Positions 9,337 to 18,927 of a stretch of DNA of 64,000 nucleotides are shown piece after piece. How positions within the stretch are numbered: the stretch's first letter is position 1; each line of letters opens with the position of its first letter. Below the pieces are notes generated by a model. It was not told the DNA's origin. It saw only the letters and a program-made list of their open reading frames with translations, and did not search any database. Location: the NCBI GenBank assembly GCA_051872335.1, contig JBJEDT010000025.1, positions 131,239 through 195,238 of the forward strand. Reading direction: 5' to 3'. The translations under genes and the position numbers were made by a program. This DNA is from Bacilli bacterium. GTDB lineage: Bacteria; Bacillota_I; Bacilli_A; RFN20; CAG-826.

Positions 9337-10445
9337 TTGTTAACAACTAGCTTAGATGAGGATCTTAATAATTCAGCCCCTCGTTGAATACTGATTTCAT
9401 TTTCGTTTATAGCTCTATAAACAAGTTGTTCAAAAAGTGAAGTTTTTTCCGGCAATATTCGAGTAGGCTCATTTTTTCTCCAACCGTTTTTAGAAGCATA
9501 AATATAAAAAGCTTTAGCAACACTTTCAGAAACAACTTTGACCACTTCAGCTCTTTTTGCTAAAAGCATCATCGAGATTCCATATTCCTTAGCAACAAGT
9601 TCCATATCTTTACTAATTGCTGAGCGATGAATACCAAGCTCACGTATTATATCAACTTTTGGAAATAAGAAAGCACCAGCAATTGCATTTGCATAACGTT
9701 CAATTTCTTTTTCATCCAGATTTATAGATGACCAATCAAACATTAAATGAGCAAGTTCATGTCCTATAGTTGAACGTTGTCTTTCTGAAGACATTAATCC
9801 GTTTATCATAATGTATGGTCTTCCATTAACAGTTCCATTGATTCCTGAAAAATGGTCATCATCTATATCTTTGATTAAAATTAAAAAACCCTTATTCTCA
9901 AGTTTACCTACTAATTCATCGATAGGACCATCTTGAGCGAAACCCAAAACTTTACGTAATGCTTGAGCATCATTCTCAATATCACCTGAATTTTTTAAGG
10001 AGTAACATTTTGGAATAGATGGTAAAACTTCTCCACCTAATAATTCAATAACATCCATAAAACGATTAAAATATTCTTCAACACTTTCATAAACTAAATC
10101 TTGTTTTTCTTTTGACAATGAAGAATTTTTTCTAAATTCATTATGAACAAAAGTAACGTCTTCATTTCTAATGATTAAAAAATCTGATACCTTAACATCC
10201 AATGAACTTGCTATTTTTTTCATTATATCCATATCGGGATATCGATCTCCATTTTCATAATGAGTTATAGACATAGGAGAAACGTTTACTAATTGCGCAA
10301 GTTCTTTTTTTGATAAACCTTTTATTAATCTATAATACTTCAAATTCTTACAAAACATAATCTCACCCCCACTGTTTATATTATACCATTTTTTAATAAA
10401 AAATAAACACCAAGGCGAGAAATTCCATACTAAATTTATAAACAT
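9312..10445 (-). CDS. XRE-family HTH fused to an ImmA/IrrE (COG2856) zinc metallopeptidase domain
   Basis: N-terminal HTH (LSKKELAQLVNVSPMSITHYENG) and a central HEXXH motif (HELAHLM). Confidence 0.75.
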   Translation of the reverse strand: MFINLVWNFSPWCLFFIKKWYNINSGGEIMFCKNLKYYRLIKGLSKKELAQLVNVSPMSITHYENGDRYPDMDIMKKIASSLDVKVSDFLIIRNEDVTFVHNEFRKNSSLSKEKQDLVYESVEEYFNRFMDVIELLGGEVLPSIPKCYSLKNSGDIENDAQALRKVLGFAQDGPIDELVGKLENKGFLILIKDIDDDHFSGINGTVNGRPYIMINGLMSSERQRSTIGHELAHLMFDWSSINLDEKEIERYANAIAGAFLFPKVDIIRELGIHRSAISKDMELVAKEYGISMMLLAKRAEVVKVVSESVAKAFYIYASKNGWRKNEPTRILPEKTSLFEQLVYRAINENEISIQRGAELLRSSSKLVVNNCCFSGER

Positions 10446-10494
10446 ATTTTATTAAAAAAAGACTGATTTTTTAAAATCAGCCTAACTAATTATC

Positions 10495-11925
10495 TTAAAT
10501 CGTTGCTTCTTTATTTTTCTTAAAGTGTATTTTTCCACAACCATAAATAATAAAGAATGCAACAAAACATATTACAACAAAAACTACAAAAACTAAAACT
10601 TGTATTATTGGATAAATTTCAACAGGTCCCATAACTATTTTAGTATTGAACAAGTTACCAACAAAAGGTAATAATCCACTTGCTGCTTTTTGATCAAACA
10701 TAAATAAATAATTAACAGAAAAATAAGAATTTTCAGTTGCTCTAGCAATAGCATTTAAAGTTGTACCTACTAAAAAAACAAATCCATAATAAATGCTAAA
10801 TCCAATAATGAAATGTTTGAAGTCTTTGACTTCTAAAGGTTTAAATTCTTTTAATAGTAAACAAAGAATTGGAATAATAACTACTTTTGTATGTTCTAAA
10901 ATGTAGTGAGCATTCCAATAATTACATATACCAACATTATTAACATCCAGAATAAGTAAAGCTAGAACTGCACCTACAACATTAACAATAATTGCAAAGT
11001 GGAAAAGTTTATCGTTTCGTTTTACTATTGTATATAAAGATAAATATGCACTAATGTTACATAATTGCAATGGTAATCTTTGCATCTTTAATTCACCAAT
11101 AGCTGTATAAAATTCACTGAATTGGAATAATAAAGAAATACTTAATGCTAATAATAATACATGTTTTGCTTCATCACTTTTATTTCTAAATATAAAATAT
11201 AAAGCAATAATTTCACCTATCATAAATAGAATTACAAATAAATGAGATAAACTAAATCTCTTAAAGATGATATTGGTGTTTCCAAAATAATACTGTGGAG
11301 TGTAAGTACAAATGGAAAGAGATATAATTCCTAATGTTATTAAAATAAAATTTAAGATTTCGGATTTTTTAAATTTTAAATCTTCGAAGTTTTTAAATAA
11401 CATACCTAATAAAATTAAGATTTGTAATGAGTTTAAAATCATTAAGAAAATGCTTCTAAAAATATTATTGATCATAAAAGCTTTAAAAGCTTCACTCATA
11501 AATCTAATTGAACTAAGTCCTCTACCTACTGGATCAGTTAAAGAAGCAATGATAGGATCATATGAGAAAATATAAATTAAAGTCATTGGTATACAAAAGT
11601 ATGCAGCGACTTTATTAATATACTTATTGTTTGAAAATATACTTAAAACGATTACAATAACTGGAGCCATGTTAAACCATCTAATTGTATTTTCATAATT
11701 ATCATGGGCTGTTGCTAAATACTCAGTTGATTTTTCCATTGTAAAGCCATCTGGCAAAAATAAATTTAAAAATATTAATACAAAGAAGCTTATTGAAAGA
11801 ATCTTTATAACTTTTGAAAACTTGTCATTGTTAAAATCATATTTTTTATAAAACTTAAAAAATAATAATAAACCAGCCGCTATTAATATAATTAATGACA
11901 TTAAAATAAAATATACAATTCTCAT
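10495..11925 (-). CDS. Polytopic membrane protein (TIGR02206/YwaF-like, LPLQLCN motif)
   Basis: 476 aa, more than 10 predicted TM helices, with a conserved-looking LPLQLC motif in the C-terminal half. Confidence 0.35.
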   Translation of the reverse strand: MRIVYFILMSLIILIAAGLLLFFKFYKKYDFNNDKFSKVIKILSISFFVLIFLNLFLPDGFTMEKSTEYLATAHDNYENTIRWFNMAPVIVIVLSIFSNNKYINKVAAYFCIPMTLIYIFSYDPIIASLTDPVGRGLSSIRFMSEAFKAFMINNIFRSIFLMILNSLQILILLGMLFKNFEDLKFKKSEILNFILITLGIISLSICTYTPQYYFGNTNIIFKRFSLSHLFVILFMIGEIIALYFIFRNKSDEAKHVLLLALSISLLFQFSEFYTAIGELKMQRLPLQLCNISAYLSLYTIVKRNDKLFHFAIIVNVVGAVLALLILDVNNVGICNYWNAHYILEHTKVVIIPILCLLLKEFKPLEVKDFKHFIIGFSIYYGFVFLVGTTLNAIARATENSYFSVNYLFMFDQKAASGLLPFVGNLFNTKIVMGPVEIYPIIQVLVFVVFVVICFVAFFIIYGCGKIHFKKNKEATI

Positions 11926-12162
11926 ATACTCTAGATCCTTATTTTTCTATATTCAATTAAATATTGATTATTTAGTTAAACCAAACATAATGAATATTTG
12001 AAATAATTTTAACACAATTGCATATTTATATATATATAAATTTATTAATTGCTTAATTAAATTGAATAAATTCTTATATATTTAGATTATTTGTTATAAC
12101 ATTTTTGATTAAAATTAATTTTTCATTAGTATTTTTCCTAACTACTTAACATAGATTTTATT

Positions 12163-13050
12163 CTATCCTAGTAATTCATCTAAAAGTAAAAAATATTCTA
12201 TTAATTTATCGTCTTTTGCAACACCTAATAATTCAAAAATTGCATTCTCATTGAAACCATCGTATTTCTTACCATACTTACCTAACATATTGTATTTTAT
12301 GCTACGATATAAAATAGCCAAATCGTGATATCTATGAGATATACCAGTTAATCCTAAATCGATAAAGCCAACTATCTTATCATTTTGAACTATAATATTT
12401 GTAAGACATAAATCACCATGCGATAACACATAATCTTGACTTGGTTTATTATTTTCTAAATAATCAACTATTTCATTAAAACTATTAAATTTATAAGTGA
12501 TGCATTTATCTGTATCTTGAAAATTAATATAATTCTTTTCTACACAATATTTTCCAAAATTCATAATAGTATCAAAAGTATTTTGTAAATTAAGTTGCTC
12601 AATATTTACACTCCATAACAATTTAACAGCATCTGTTGCTAATTTAAATAATAAATTTGGATTACTTAAATATTCTCCATCGCAAAGCATTTTGCCTTTA
12701 AGTTTGGTTTTTAATATAAATGCTTTTTCTCCTACTTCTTCATATTCAATAATATCTGGAATTGGAAGTTTCCCTTTTAAGGCATAATATACTTTCATTT
12801 CATTTTGTAAGTCAAAACTTAATGTTGTGATTTTCAAAATATAATCTTCAAAAATTATTACACCAGAATTACTTTTACCGATATTATCTATTTCATATGA
12901 TAATCCTTCAAGATACTTAAATATAGAGTCAGGGATCCCATATATATCCTTAATATTTTCCATCGAATTTTCCTCACGATAAGTTTTAAACCTTTTATTT
13001 AAAGATAATTTTAAATAGAACTTTTCAAAATAGTATGGAGTTTTTACCAT
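12163..13050 (-). CDS. Aminoglycoside phosphotransferase family protein (APH(3')-like)
   Basis: HGDLCLTNIIV and GFIDLGLTGISHRYHDLA resemble APH(3') HGDLGDSNIFV and GFIDLGRSGRADKWYDIA. Confidence 0.65.
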   Translation of the reverse strand: MVKTPYYFEKFYLKLSLNKRFKTYREENSMENIKDIYGIPDSIFKYLEGLSYEIDNIGKSNSGVIIFEDYILKITTLSFDLQNEMKVYYALKGKLPIPDIIEYEEVGEKAFILKTKLKGKMLCDGEYLSNPNLLFKLATDAVKLLWSVNIEQLNLQNTFDTIMNFGKYCVEKNYINFQDTDKCITYKFNSFNEIVDYLENNKPSQDYVLSHGDLCLTNIIVQNDKIVGFIDLGLTGISHRYHDLAILYRSIKYNMLGKYGKKYDGFNENAIFELLGVAKDDKLIEYFLLLDELLG

Positions 13051-13673
13051 AATTCTTTTTTGTTATATATTGAATCTTTCTCTGTAATTTCTCTAACTGC
13101 TTTACATGGATTACCATAAGCTAAATAATTATCTGGAATATCATGAGTCACAACTGATCCAGCTCCTATAACACAACCATTACCAATTTTTACACCAGGC
13201 AATACTGTAACATTTCCACCGAACCAACAATTATTTCCAATTGTTATTGGTGCTCCATATTCTTTATCTGTCCATTTACCTATATTTTCATCAAAATATG
13301 AATTTCTTTCTTGATATCTAAGTGGATGAAGTGGAGTTAATAAACTAACATTAGGTCCAAAAAAACAATTATCTCCAATAGTTACAGGGCAAACATCAAG
13401 AATAGTAAGTCCATTATTAGCATAGAAATTATCTCCTATTGTTGTATGAACTCCATAATCTACATATAGATTTCCTTGAATATAAATTTTCCCTTTATGA
13501 TTAGGAAAAATTCTATCTATTAATTCTTTTCTTTTAGGATCTAAATCGTTAAGAGTGTTATACTCTAATGCTAATTTATGTTGCTCATGAGCAAGTCTAT
13601 TTGTTTCAGGATCTCCAGGTGAATATATTTTACCTGCTAGCATTTTCTCATATTCTGTCATAAGTTCCTCCAT
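13044..13673 (-). CDS. Maltose/galactoside O-acetyltransferase-like hexapeptide-repeat acetyltransferase
   Basis: N-terminus MTEYEKMLAGKIY is like Maa, followed by LbH hexapeptide repeats. Overlaps the downstream kinase gene by 7 nt. Confidence 0.75.
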   Translation of the reverse strand: MEELMTEYEKMLAGKIYSPGDPETNRLAHEQHKLALEYNTLNDLDPKRKELIDRIFPNHKGKIYIQGNLYVDYGVHTTIGDNFYANNGLTILDVCPVTIGDNCFFGPNVSLLTPLHPLRYQERNSYFDENIGKWTDKEYGAPITIGNNCWFGGNVTVLPGVKIGNGCVIGAGSVVTHDIPDNYLAYGNPCKAVREITEKDSIYNKKELW

Positions 13674-13963
13674 TTATATCTTTTATAATGTTTTAAATAG
13701 TCATAAACAATTTTTTCATAATATATTTTAATATAAAAATTTATATTTTCAAAAAAAATCAGAACCGAAAATAATCTTATTATAGTAATTATCTAAAAGC
13801 ACTATGTTAAATTATTTTTTATGCTAGTAAGTATTTTATTTCTAATGTCCACTTTTTTATAGCCAATGTCTACTTTTTTTATTTTGCAAATATCTATTCA
13901 AAATATTTTAAAGTTTTTATTCAATAAATTTTTAAATAATTTAAATTATACATTCCTAAAGTA

Positions 13964-13990
13964 AAAAAGACCGTTCTTTCGAACGATCTT
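13964..13990 (-). terminator. Rho-independent terminator downstream of the DUF4143 ATPase gene
   Basis: aagaccgttc-tttc-gaacgatctt hairpin, followed on the minus strand by TTTTTTAC. Confidence 0.5.
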
Positions 13991-14135
13991 AATTATCTTT
14001 ATACGTTTTCTTACTGTAATTTTTCCAGATTTAATTTATCATATTATTCTAAAATGAACTTGTACCATTACATTTGTTATTACTATTTTTTTACGAATGG
14101 TAATAAAGCCATGTGGCGATCGCGCTTAATTGCCA

Positions 14136-15452
14136 CTAAACAAACATTATCATATATATAGGAAATGTATATAATTCATTTTCTTTCTTACATATATTTT
14201 GATTTGTAAAAATATAGCCTTTATTCAATTTATAGTTTCCATCTTTATTAACTAGTTTAGGAATAGCTCTAAATTCATAACCATCTTTACCCGATTTTAT
14301 TTCAATTGGTAAAATAGATAAATTATCATAATCGTTAATTAAAAAATCTACTTCTCCTACTTTTTTACTATCAAAATAATATAATTCATGACCGTGAGCA
14401 ATAAGTTCCATAGCAGAAACAGTTTCATATACTGAACCGATATTTAATCCTTTATCAGTATTTAAAATAGCTGATATATTATTTTTATATAATATATTTG
14501 TTAAAATACCCACATCATTAAAATATAATTTAATTAAATTCTTACTACTTGATTCTATTAATGGAAACCTAGAATCTGAAATAGCCTTAACACCTAAAGC
14601 ACAACCAGAATTAATTAAATAATCAAATTCATCTTTATACTTTAATAAATTTGAATCATCTATGTTTTCAATTTGTTTAAATTTAATTCTTTTAACTTTA
14701 TTTTCCATGTATGATGGCATCATATCATATATTCTTCTAATTTTTAAAGAATGCTCTTGGTCGTATTGTGAAGCATCATCTTTATAATAACTGTATGTGA
14801 TGCTTTGATTTTCCCTCACTTTTAATACATTTTTATTCGCTACTAATTCTTTTATTGAATCCGGTAATCCACCTGTTATTAAATATTCTTTAAATTTTTC
14901 TAATATAACTTTATGAATCCCATCAGTAACAGATTCAACGTTATCAAAACATTTCTTTAAATATTCAACAACGTCTTTTCCAACATTGTTTGCATATAAA
15001 AATTCTTCAAAATCCATCGGATACATTTTTATTTCATCAATACTTCCCATAGGTATAAATGTATGTTTTAATGTAATACCCAATAAAGATCCACTTGCTA
15101 TATATCTATATCTATTTTCTAGTTTTAAATCTTTAAGCATCGTAAGGATATGTGGATATACTTGAATTTCATCAAAAAAAACAATAGTATCTTCAACACT
15201 ATTTAATTTATCACCATAAAGTGCGCTTAATTGCAAATATAAATCCTGCGTTTTTTTTACATTTTTAAATAGTTGATCCCCATCATAATCACTTTTTAAA
15301 TTAACTTCAATATAATTAGTAAAATATTTTTTTGCAGTTTCTCTAATGATAAAACTTTTACCAATTTGTCTAGCTCCATTAATAACGATTATCTTAGCAT
15401 TAACATTATTGTAATATTCAAATAATCTATTTTCTATTTTTCGATAAAACAT
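14136..15452 (-). CDS. AAA+ ATPase, COG1373/DUF4143 family
   Basis: Walker A motif GARQIGKS and the overall COG1373 architecture. 438 aa. Confidence 0.7.
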   Translation of the reverse strand: MFYRKIENRLFEYYNNVNAKIIVINGARQIGKSFIIRETAKKYFTNYIEVNLKSDYDGDQLFKNVKKTQDLYLQLSALYGDKLNSVEDTIVFFDEIQVYPHILTMLKDLKLENRYRYIASGSLLGITLKHTFIPMGSIDEIKMYPMDFEEFLYANNVGKDVVEYLKKCFDNVESVTDGIHKVILEKFKEYLITGGLPDSIKELVANKNVLKVRENQSITYSYYKDDASQYDQEHSLKIRRIYDMMPSYMENKVKRIKFKQIENIDDSNLLKYKDEFDYLINSGCALGVKAISDSRFPLIESSSKNLIKLYFNDVGILTNILYKNNISAILNTDKGLNIGSVYETVSAMELIAHGHELYYFDSKKVGEVDFLINDYDNLSILPIEIKSGKDGYEFRAIPKLVNKDGNYKLNKGYIFTNQNICKKENELYTFPIYMIMFV

Positions 15453-15500
15453 GAATAAACATCTCCTTTTAGGTTTTCCAATAATATTTTACCACTTTTT

Positions 15501-15553
15501 CCGGTTTTTCCAATATAATTACGCCTTAATTTACCGGTTTTTCCAAAATATTT
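15501..15553. repeat. Two roughly 20-bp direct repeats (ccggtttttccaa[t/a]a[t/a]a[a/t]tt), spaced 33 bp apart, in the promoter region of the DUF4143 ATPase gene
   Basis: Seen directly in the DNA. They produce the GKTGK repetition in the spurious 60-aa ORF 15434..15616. Confidence 0.5.
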
Positions 15554-15636
15554 TGGAACCATTACTAAAAAATGACTTTTAATATTATTTTTTGCTTCTT
15601 TTTCAATACAAATCATATAATTTAAACCTAAAATGA

Positions 15637-15665
15637 AAAAAAGACCGTTCTGATGAACGGCCTTT
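15637..15665 (-). terminator. Rho-independent terminator of rpsR
   Basis: aagaccgttc-tgat-gaacggcctt hairpin, followed on the minus strand by TTTTTTTC. Confidence 0.55.
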
Positions 15666-15705
15666 ATTTTTCAATGTTAATAATATACTGTAATTTTTTA
15701 AAATA

Positions 15706-15933
15706 TTAGTCAATTACGTATGGTAATAATGCCATATAACGAGCATTTTTAATTGCTTTTTCTAATTTACGTTGATATTTTGCACTTGTACCTGTTACAC
15801 GACGAGGTGTAATTTTACCATTAGGTGAGATAAAGCGTTTTAATAATTCAACATCTTTGTAATCAATATGGTCAATTTTATTTTTTGTAAAGTAACAAAC
15901 CTTTTTACGAGGTCTAATCTTTTTAAAACCCAT
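15706..15933 (-). CDS. rpsR: 30S ribosomal protein S18
   Basis: 75 aa, typical S18 sequence ([10 protein letters not shown]...RRVTGTSAK). Confidence 0.95.
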   Translation of the reverse strand: MGFKKIRPRKKVCYFTKNKIDHIDYKDVELLKRFISPNGKITPRRVTGTSAKYQRKLEKAIKNARYMALLPYVID

Positions 15934-15965
15934 TAATTTTACCGCCTTTCTTGTATTAGTAATTT

Positions 15966-16391
15966 TTAGAATGGTAAATCATCTTCTGATAATTCAACAT
16001 TTGAAGAACTGTCATTAATATCTTCAACATTTTCTTCGACAACTGGTTCAAAACCTCTTTCATCATTTTGTCCTTTTGATTCTAAGAATTTAACTGAGTC
16101 GCAAATAACTTCAATTACTTGAACTTTACGACCATCTTTAGCATCATAAGAACGTTGATTGATTCTACCAGTAATTCCAACTAATGAACCTTTATGAGTA
16201 TACTTGACAGTGTTTTCTCCAACTACGCCATAAACGACGCATGGAATAAAACTTGTTGTTCTTTCATTATTAGGTCCTCTTGTACGGTTATCAACAGCAA
16301 TAGTGAAGGATGCGACTGCTAAACCCGAAGTAGTTCTACGAAGTTCTGGATCACGAACTAAACGTCCGACAATAACAACTGAATTAATCAT
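15966..16391 (-). CDS. ssb: Single-stranded DNA-binding protein
   Basis: OB-fold N-terminus and an acidic C-terminal tail ending DDLPF. Confidence 0.9.
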   Translation of the reverse strand: MINSVVIVGRLVRDPELRRTTSGLAVASFTIAVDNRTRGPNNERTTSFIPCVVYGVVGENTVKYTHKGSLVGITGRINQRSYDAKDGRKVQVIEVICDSVKFLESKGQNDERGFEPVVEENVEDINDSSSNVELSEDDLPF

Positions 16392-16407
16392 TTTTCTTCC
16401 TCCTTAA

Positions 16408-16689
16408 TTATGCAACAAGGATTAAATGACGAAGAACATTGTTATTTAATTTAGTTAAACGATCAAATTCATTGACTGTTTCAACTTCTGCTTCTACTGT
16501 TAAAACAACGTAGTAACCTTTAATTTCGTCTTTAATAGGATATGCTAAATCACGTAATCCCATTTCTTTAACGTCTAAAACTTTACCACCGTTTTTTGTG
16601 ACAGCAGAATTGACCTTTTCGATTGTAGCAACGCGTGCTTCTTCTTCAAGACCAGCTTTAACAATATACATAATTTCGTACTTTTTCAT
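16408..16689 (-). CDS. rpsF: 30S ribosomal protein S6
   Basis: 93 aa, S6-like (MKKYEIMYIV...). Confidence 0.9.
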   Translation of the reverse strand: MKKYEIMYIVKAGLEEEARVATIEKVNSAVTKNGGKVLDVKEMGLRDLAYPIKDEIKGYYVVLTVEAEVETVNEFDRLTKLNNNVLRHLILVA

Positions 16690-16861
16690 GAGTACACCTC
16701 CCTTTGGACATTCTGGCTATTAACCCTTATTAATAGCAGAGAGCTCTATGCCTTCACACATAGACACTTAATTTTACTCAAAAACAGTACAAAAGTAAAG
16801 AGAAATTTCGTCATTTCCTTTTGCTTCTTTACTTATAATTTAGAAGGAATTTAATTTTCTC

Positions 16862-18820
16862 CTAATTCTTTATTTTATTATTTTCATTATTTATATTATT
16901 TTTAATTAAATTTAACAAATACCAGTATCCTTTTTGGTGTAATAATTTTTCATCTATATAAAAATCTTTAGACATTTCTAGAGTCCTATCTTGCAAATTA
17001 AAGAAATTTAATGCTTGTTCTACATTTAAATATCCTAGATCAATTTTCTTATCAATGAAATCAAGAAAACGAGAATACATTTTACTAAAGTAAATAGATT
17101 CATCTTTGTAATCCTTAACTAATCTAAAATCTTCTTGATAGTTATAATCGTTTTTTGTTTGTACAAATATTAGTGAAAGATTAGAACAATTTAATTTGTT
17201 ATTTTGGAAAACAATGTATTCATCTTCTAATAATGAGCATATTAAACTTAATACATCTTCTGATACACAATGTAAATTATCAAAAATTATCGAAGTGTTA
17301 GGATTTAATTTAATTAATGATAGTAAGTTATAACCAATATCATTTCTAGTCGAATCAGAAAATAAGGTCATAAAACTATTTATGTCTTTATACAATCTTA
17401 AATCTATTTTTATATATGAATCTTTATTCAAAGAGTTTGCTATATAATTGCTTAAGAAAGTTTTTCCTACTCCTTGTCCTCCTGAAATTAAGATACTATT
17501 TATATGATTTGGTTTAATGTTTTTTAAAAACGAAATCACTTCATCTTGAATATTTAAACTTAGGCCAATATTTTTTAATTCTTCATATGAACGTATATGA
17601 TCATCATTAATATCAATATTATAAATATCCCTTAATGTTTGATTGATGTCTGTTTTATTTAAAACTTTATGAGATAAAACACACGAATTATCTAATAAAT
17701 CAATTGCTTTATCTGGGAAATATTTAAAACTCAAGTACTTATCACAAATCTCAATTATATATTTCAAGATGTCTTCAGAAATTAAAACTTTATAAAATTT
17801 TTCATATATGGCTTTGCTCCTTAATAAGATATCTAATGTTTCTTCTTTTGATGAAGGTTCTAACTTAATAACATTAAATCTTCTAGATAAAGCTTTATCT
17901 TTATCAATAGAAGCATAATACTCATTAATTGTTGTTGCTCCAATAATACAAATCTCATTTCGTGATAAATATGGCTTTAAAATATTTGAAGCATCAATAG
18001 CTCCTTCAGCTCCACCTGCCTTTACAATATTATGTATTTCATCTATGAAAATAATAGCTTTTTTATCTTCTTTTACTTTTTTAAATATCTTTTTAAGTTT
18101 TTCTTCAAATTCTCCTCGGTATTTAGTTCCTCCAACTACTCCGGGCATATCGAGTTCATAAACTTTATAGTTTTCAAGACCTTCTATTTTATTTTTTGAA
18201 AGTAACGATGCTAATTCTTCAACGATTGATGTTTTACCAATTCCCGGTTCACCAATCAAAATAGCATTAGGCTTATTCCTTCTTTTTAGAGTCCTAATTA
18301 ACATATTTAGTTCTCTTTGGCGTCCAATCAATGGATCGTGTTTTACTTTACATAAATCAGTTAAATCTAATATATTATCTAATTCGCTTTTTCTAGATAA
18401 TGTTCTTATTATAATATTTTTAAGTTCAATAACATCTATATTATGTTCTTTGCAAAATGAATCTAATGCCTTTGATTTGCATTCTAATAAACAATAACAA
18501 ATAACATTCAAAGATACCTTATCTTCATTTAATTCATTAGATAAATTAATGGATTTTTCTAATACTTTTTTTAAATTTAAAGAGTAATCTAAAAATAGTA
18601 TGTTGTCATTAGATGTATTTTTATTTTTGGGAAAAGCTGAACATATTTTAAAATATGATATTTTTTTATCTTCAAAATATTGATTAGTAATAAAATCACT
18701 TTGGTAAATTATACTTAACATTAAATGAGTCTCATCGACATTATTACTATTAAATTCAAAAGCTAAACTCTCAGCTTTTGTTAATGTTGTTTGTGCTAAT
18801 AAAGAGTATTTAGGGTGCAT
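16862..18820 (-). CDS. Divergent ClpA/ClpC-family AAA+ ATPase (Clp_N-like N-terminus, two AAA modules, second with a degenerate Walker B)
   Basis: D1 contains GEPGIGKTSIVEELA and FIDEIH...RRF. D2 Walker A is GGQGVGKT, but Walker B reads IIFDNLH (DN rather than DE). Confidence 0.6.
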   Translation of the reverse strand: MHPKYSLLAQTTLTKAESLAFEFNSNNVDETHLMLSIIYQSDFITNQYFEDKKISYFKICSAFPKNKNTSNDNILFLDYSLNLKKVLEKSINLSNELNEDKVSLNVICYCLLECKSKALDSFCKEHNIDVIELKNIIIRTLSRKSELDNILDLTDLCKVKHDPLIGRQRELNMLIRTLKRRNKPNAILIGEPGIGKTSIVEELASLLSKNKIEGLENYKVYELDMPGVVGGTKYRGEFEEKLKKIFKKVKEDKKAIIFIDEIHNIVKAGGAEGAIDASNILKPYLSRNEICIIGATTINEYYASIDKDKALSRRFNVIKLEPSSKEETLDILLRSKAIYEKFYKVLISEDILKYIIEICDKYLSFKYFPDKAIDLLDNSCVLSHKVLNKTDINQTLRDIYNIDINDDHIRSYEELKNIGLSLNIQDEVISFLKNIKPNHINSILISGGQGVGKTFLSNYIANSLNKDSYIKIDLRLYKDINSFMTLFSDSTRNDIGYNLLSLIKLNPNTSIIFDNLHCVSEDVLSLICSLLEDEYIVFQNNKLNCSNLSLIFVQTKNDYNYQEDFRLVKDYKDESIYFSKMYSRFLDFIDKKIDLGYLNVEQALNFFNLQDRTLEMSKDFYIDEKLLHQKGYWYLLNLIKNNINNENNKIKN

Positions 18821-18876
18821 TTTTATTCCTCATATTTTATTTTATGATTTTATATAATTCTTAATCATTAAATATG

Positions 18877-18912
18877 AATAAAAGAAAAGTCTAGAATCTT
18901 ATAAATCATAAA
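18877..18912 (-). terminator. Hairpin terminator downstream of the AraC/GyrI-like regulator
   Basis: aagtctagaat-(14 nt)-attctagactt, followed on the minus strand by a T-rich tract. Confidence 0.4.
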
Positions 18913-18927
18913 TTCTAGACTTATAAA

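Noticed and set aside
15434-15616. 60-aa ORF with repeated GKTGK
   Set aside because: The repetition is caused by the DNA direct repeats in the promoter region of the DUF4143 ATPase gene. It overlaps that gene's start and has no ribosome-binding site.
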